Source: Chiloscyllium plagiosum
Lineage: Eukaryota
Assembly: GCF_004010195.1 (NCBI RefSeq)
Contig: NC_057718.1
Coordinates: 52,346,254 to 52,410,253 of the forward strand
Length of the DNA: 64,000 bases
Direction of reading: 5' to 3'
The position numbers and the translations under genes were made by a program. This document shows positions 63,240 through 64,000 of this stretch, in pieces (the stretch's first letter is position 1; each line of letters begins with the position of its first letter). Below the pieces are notes generated by a model that worked only from the letters and a program-made list of their open reading frames with translations, made no database searches and was not told the origin of the DNA.

Positions 63240-63315
63240 AATGCTTATTGAATGACAGAGCAGGCTCAATGGGCTAAATAGCCTAGTCCTGCTCATAAAT
63301 TATATGCTCCTATGT
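63240..63315 (+). mobile_element. CR1 3' tail fragment
   Basis: ttattgaatgacagagcaggctcaatgggctaaatagcctagtcctgctc. Confidence 0.6.
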
Positions 63316-64000
63316 CCTTCCCACCAGTAGCTGTGGTCAGAGTCTAGCAGATCTCAAATTTGGCAACACCAACATGAAGGCTACTGCTGGAGGGACAGCT
63401 AACATCCTGAAGACCAAGCTGTCAGGTCAGTGCTTTCAGGGAGAAGATGGATTGGGAGGGGTTTGCTGTCAACGTCTCAGGGAAAGTGGAGCAAGGGGAG
63501 AGGATGTCTGAAGAGAGGACAGGAATATGGCTATCAGCATTCAGGCCCCATCCACTGATTGGTTTCCCAATTGTTCAGCAATGTAGATTAATGGCCCTCC
63601 ACTCCCAGTCAATAACAGTCTGTCTATGTTACCAACTCTTTTTCATTCCACCTAAAAGGTAAGATCATTGCAGCCCAGGCAGTCGTAGGCCTTAACTAGC
63701 TCTTAGTTGGTCACTAATGGATAACTGAAGGGCTTTGATTAGCAGCAGGACAGGAAGGTTGAGCTTAGGCCTTGTCACCCAGTACAAAGGCAGAGGTAGA
63801 AATGTTGTAGGGCTCTGAGGTGCCACCAACTTGCCTAATTAGGCTTGCTTTCCCGACTCTAGGCCCACCACTTCTGGGACCACATGATTCTGGCTTTCTT
63901 TGCAGCATGATAAAAATTCTAACTAACATTAACCATGTAGCTAACAAATTGTGTTTAGCTCCAATGTTTATTTATAGTAGTTAAAAATCAGAATTAAATA

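Overview
Repeat-dense, AT-rich eukaryotic DNA with no recognisable intact host protein-coding gene; it reads as intronic or intergenic. The repeat set (HE1-type tRNA-derived SINEs sharing a 3' tail with CR1/HER1-type LINEs) points to an elasmobranch (shark) genome; this is an inference from repeat families. Contents: seven HE1-type SINEs, many CR1 fragments (including an ORF1 SGNH-esterase remnant), a second LINE family with its own partner SINE, L1/Tx1 and RTE fragments, two decayed Gmr1-type Gypsy elements (one with both LTRs detectable and a nested solo LTR), and two Harbinger Myb/SANT-gene remnants. The most notable signal is about 18 Penelope-like (PLE) insertions, most carrying a minimal hammerhead-ribozyme (HHR) motif CTGANGA-stemII-GAAA. 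Many are only 95-320 bp, are flanked by 9-15 bp target-site duplications (TSDs), and have a boundary or inversion point a few nt 5' of the HHR core. In one copy (2451-2515) a 27-nt duplication appears to create a self-contained, circularly permuted hammerhead. A candidate non-coding minus-strand exon lies at 40679-41017. All calls are by eye with no database search; boundaries of old repeats are approximate.
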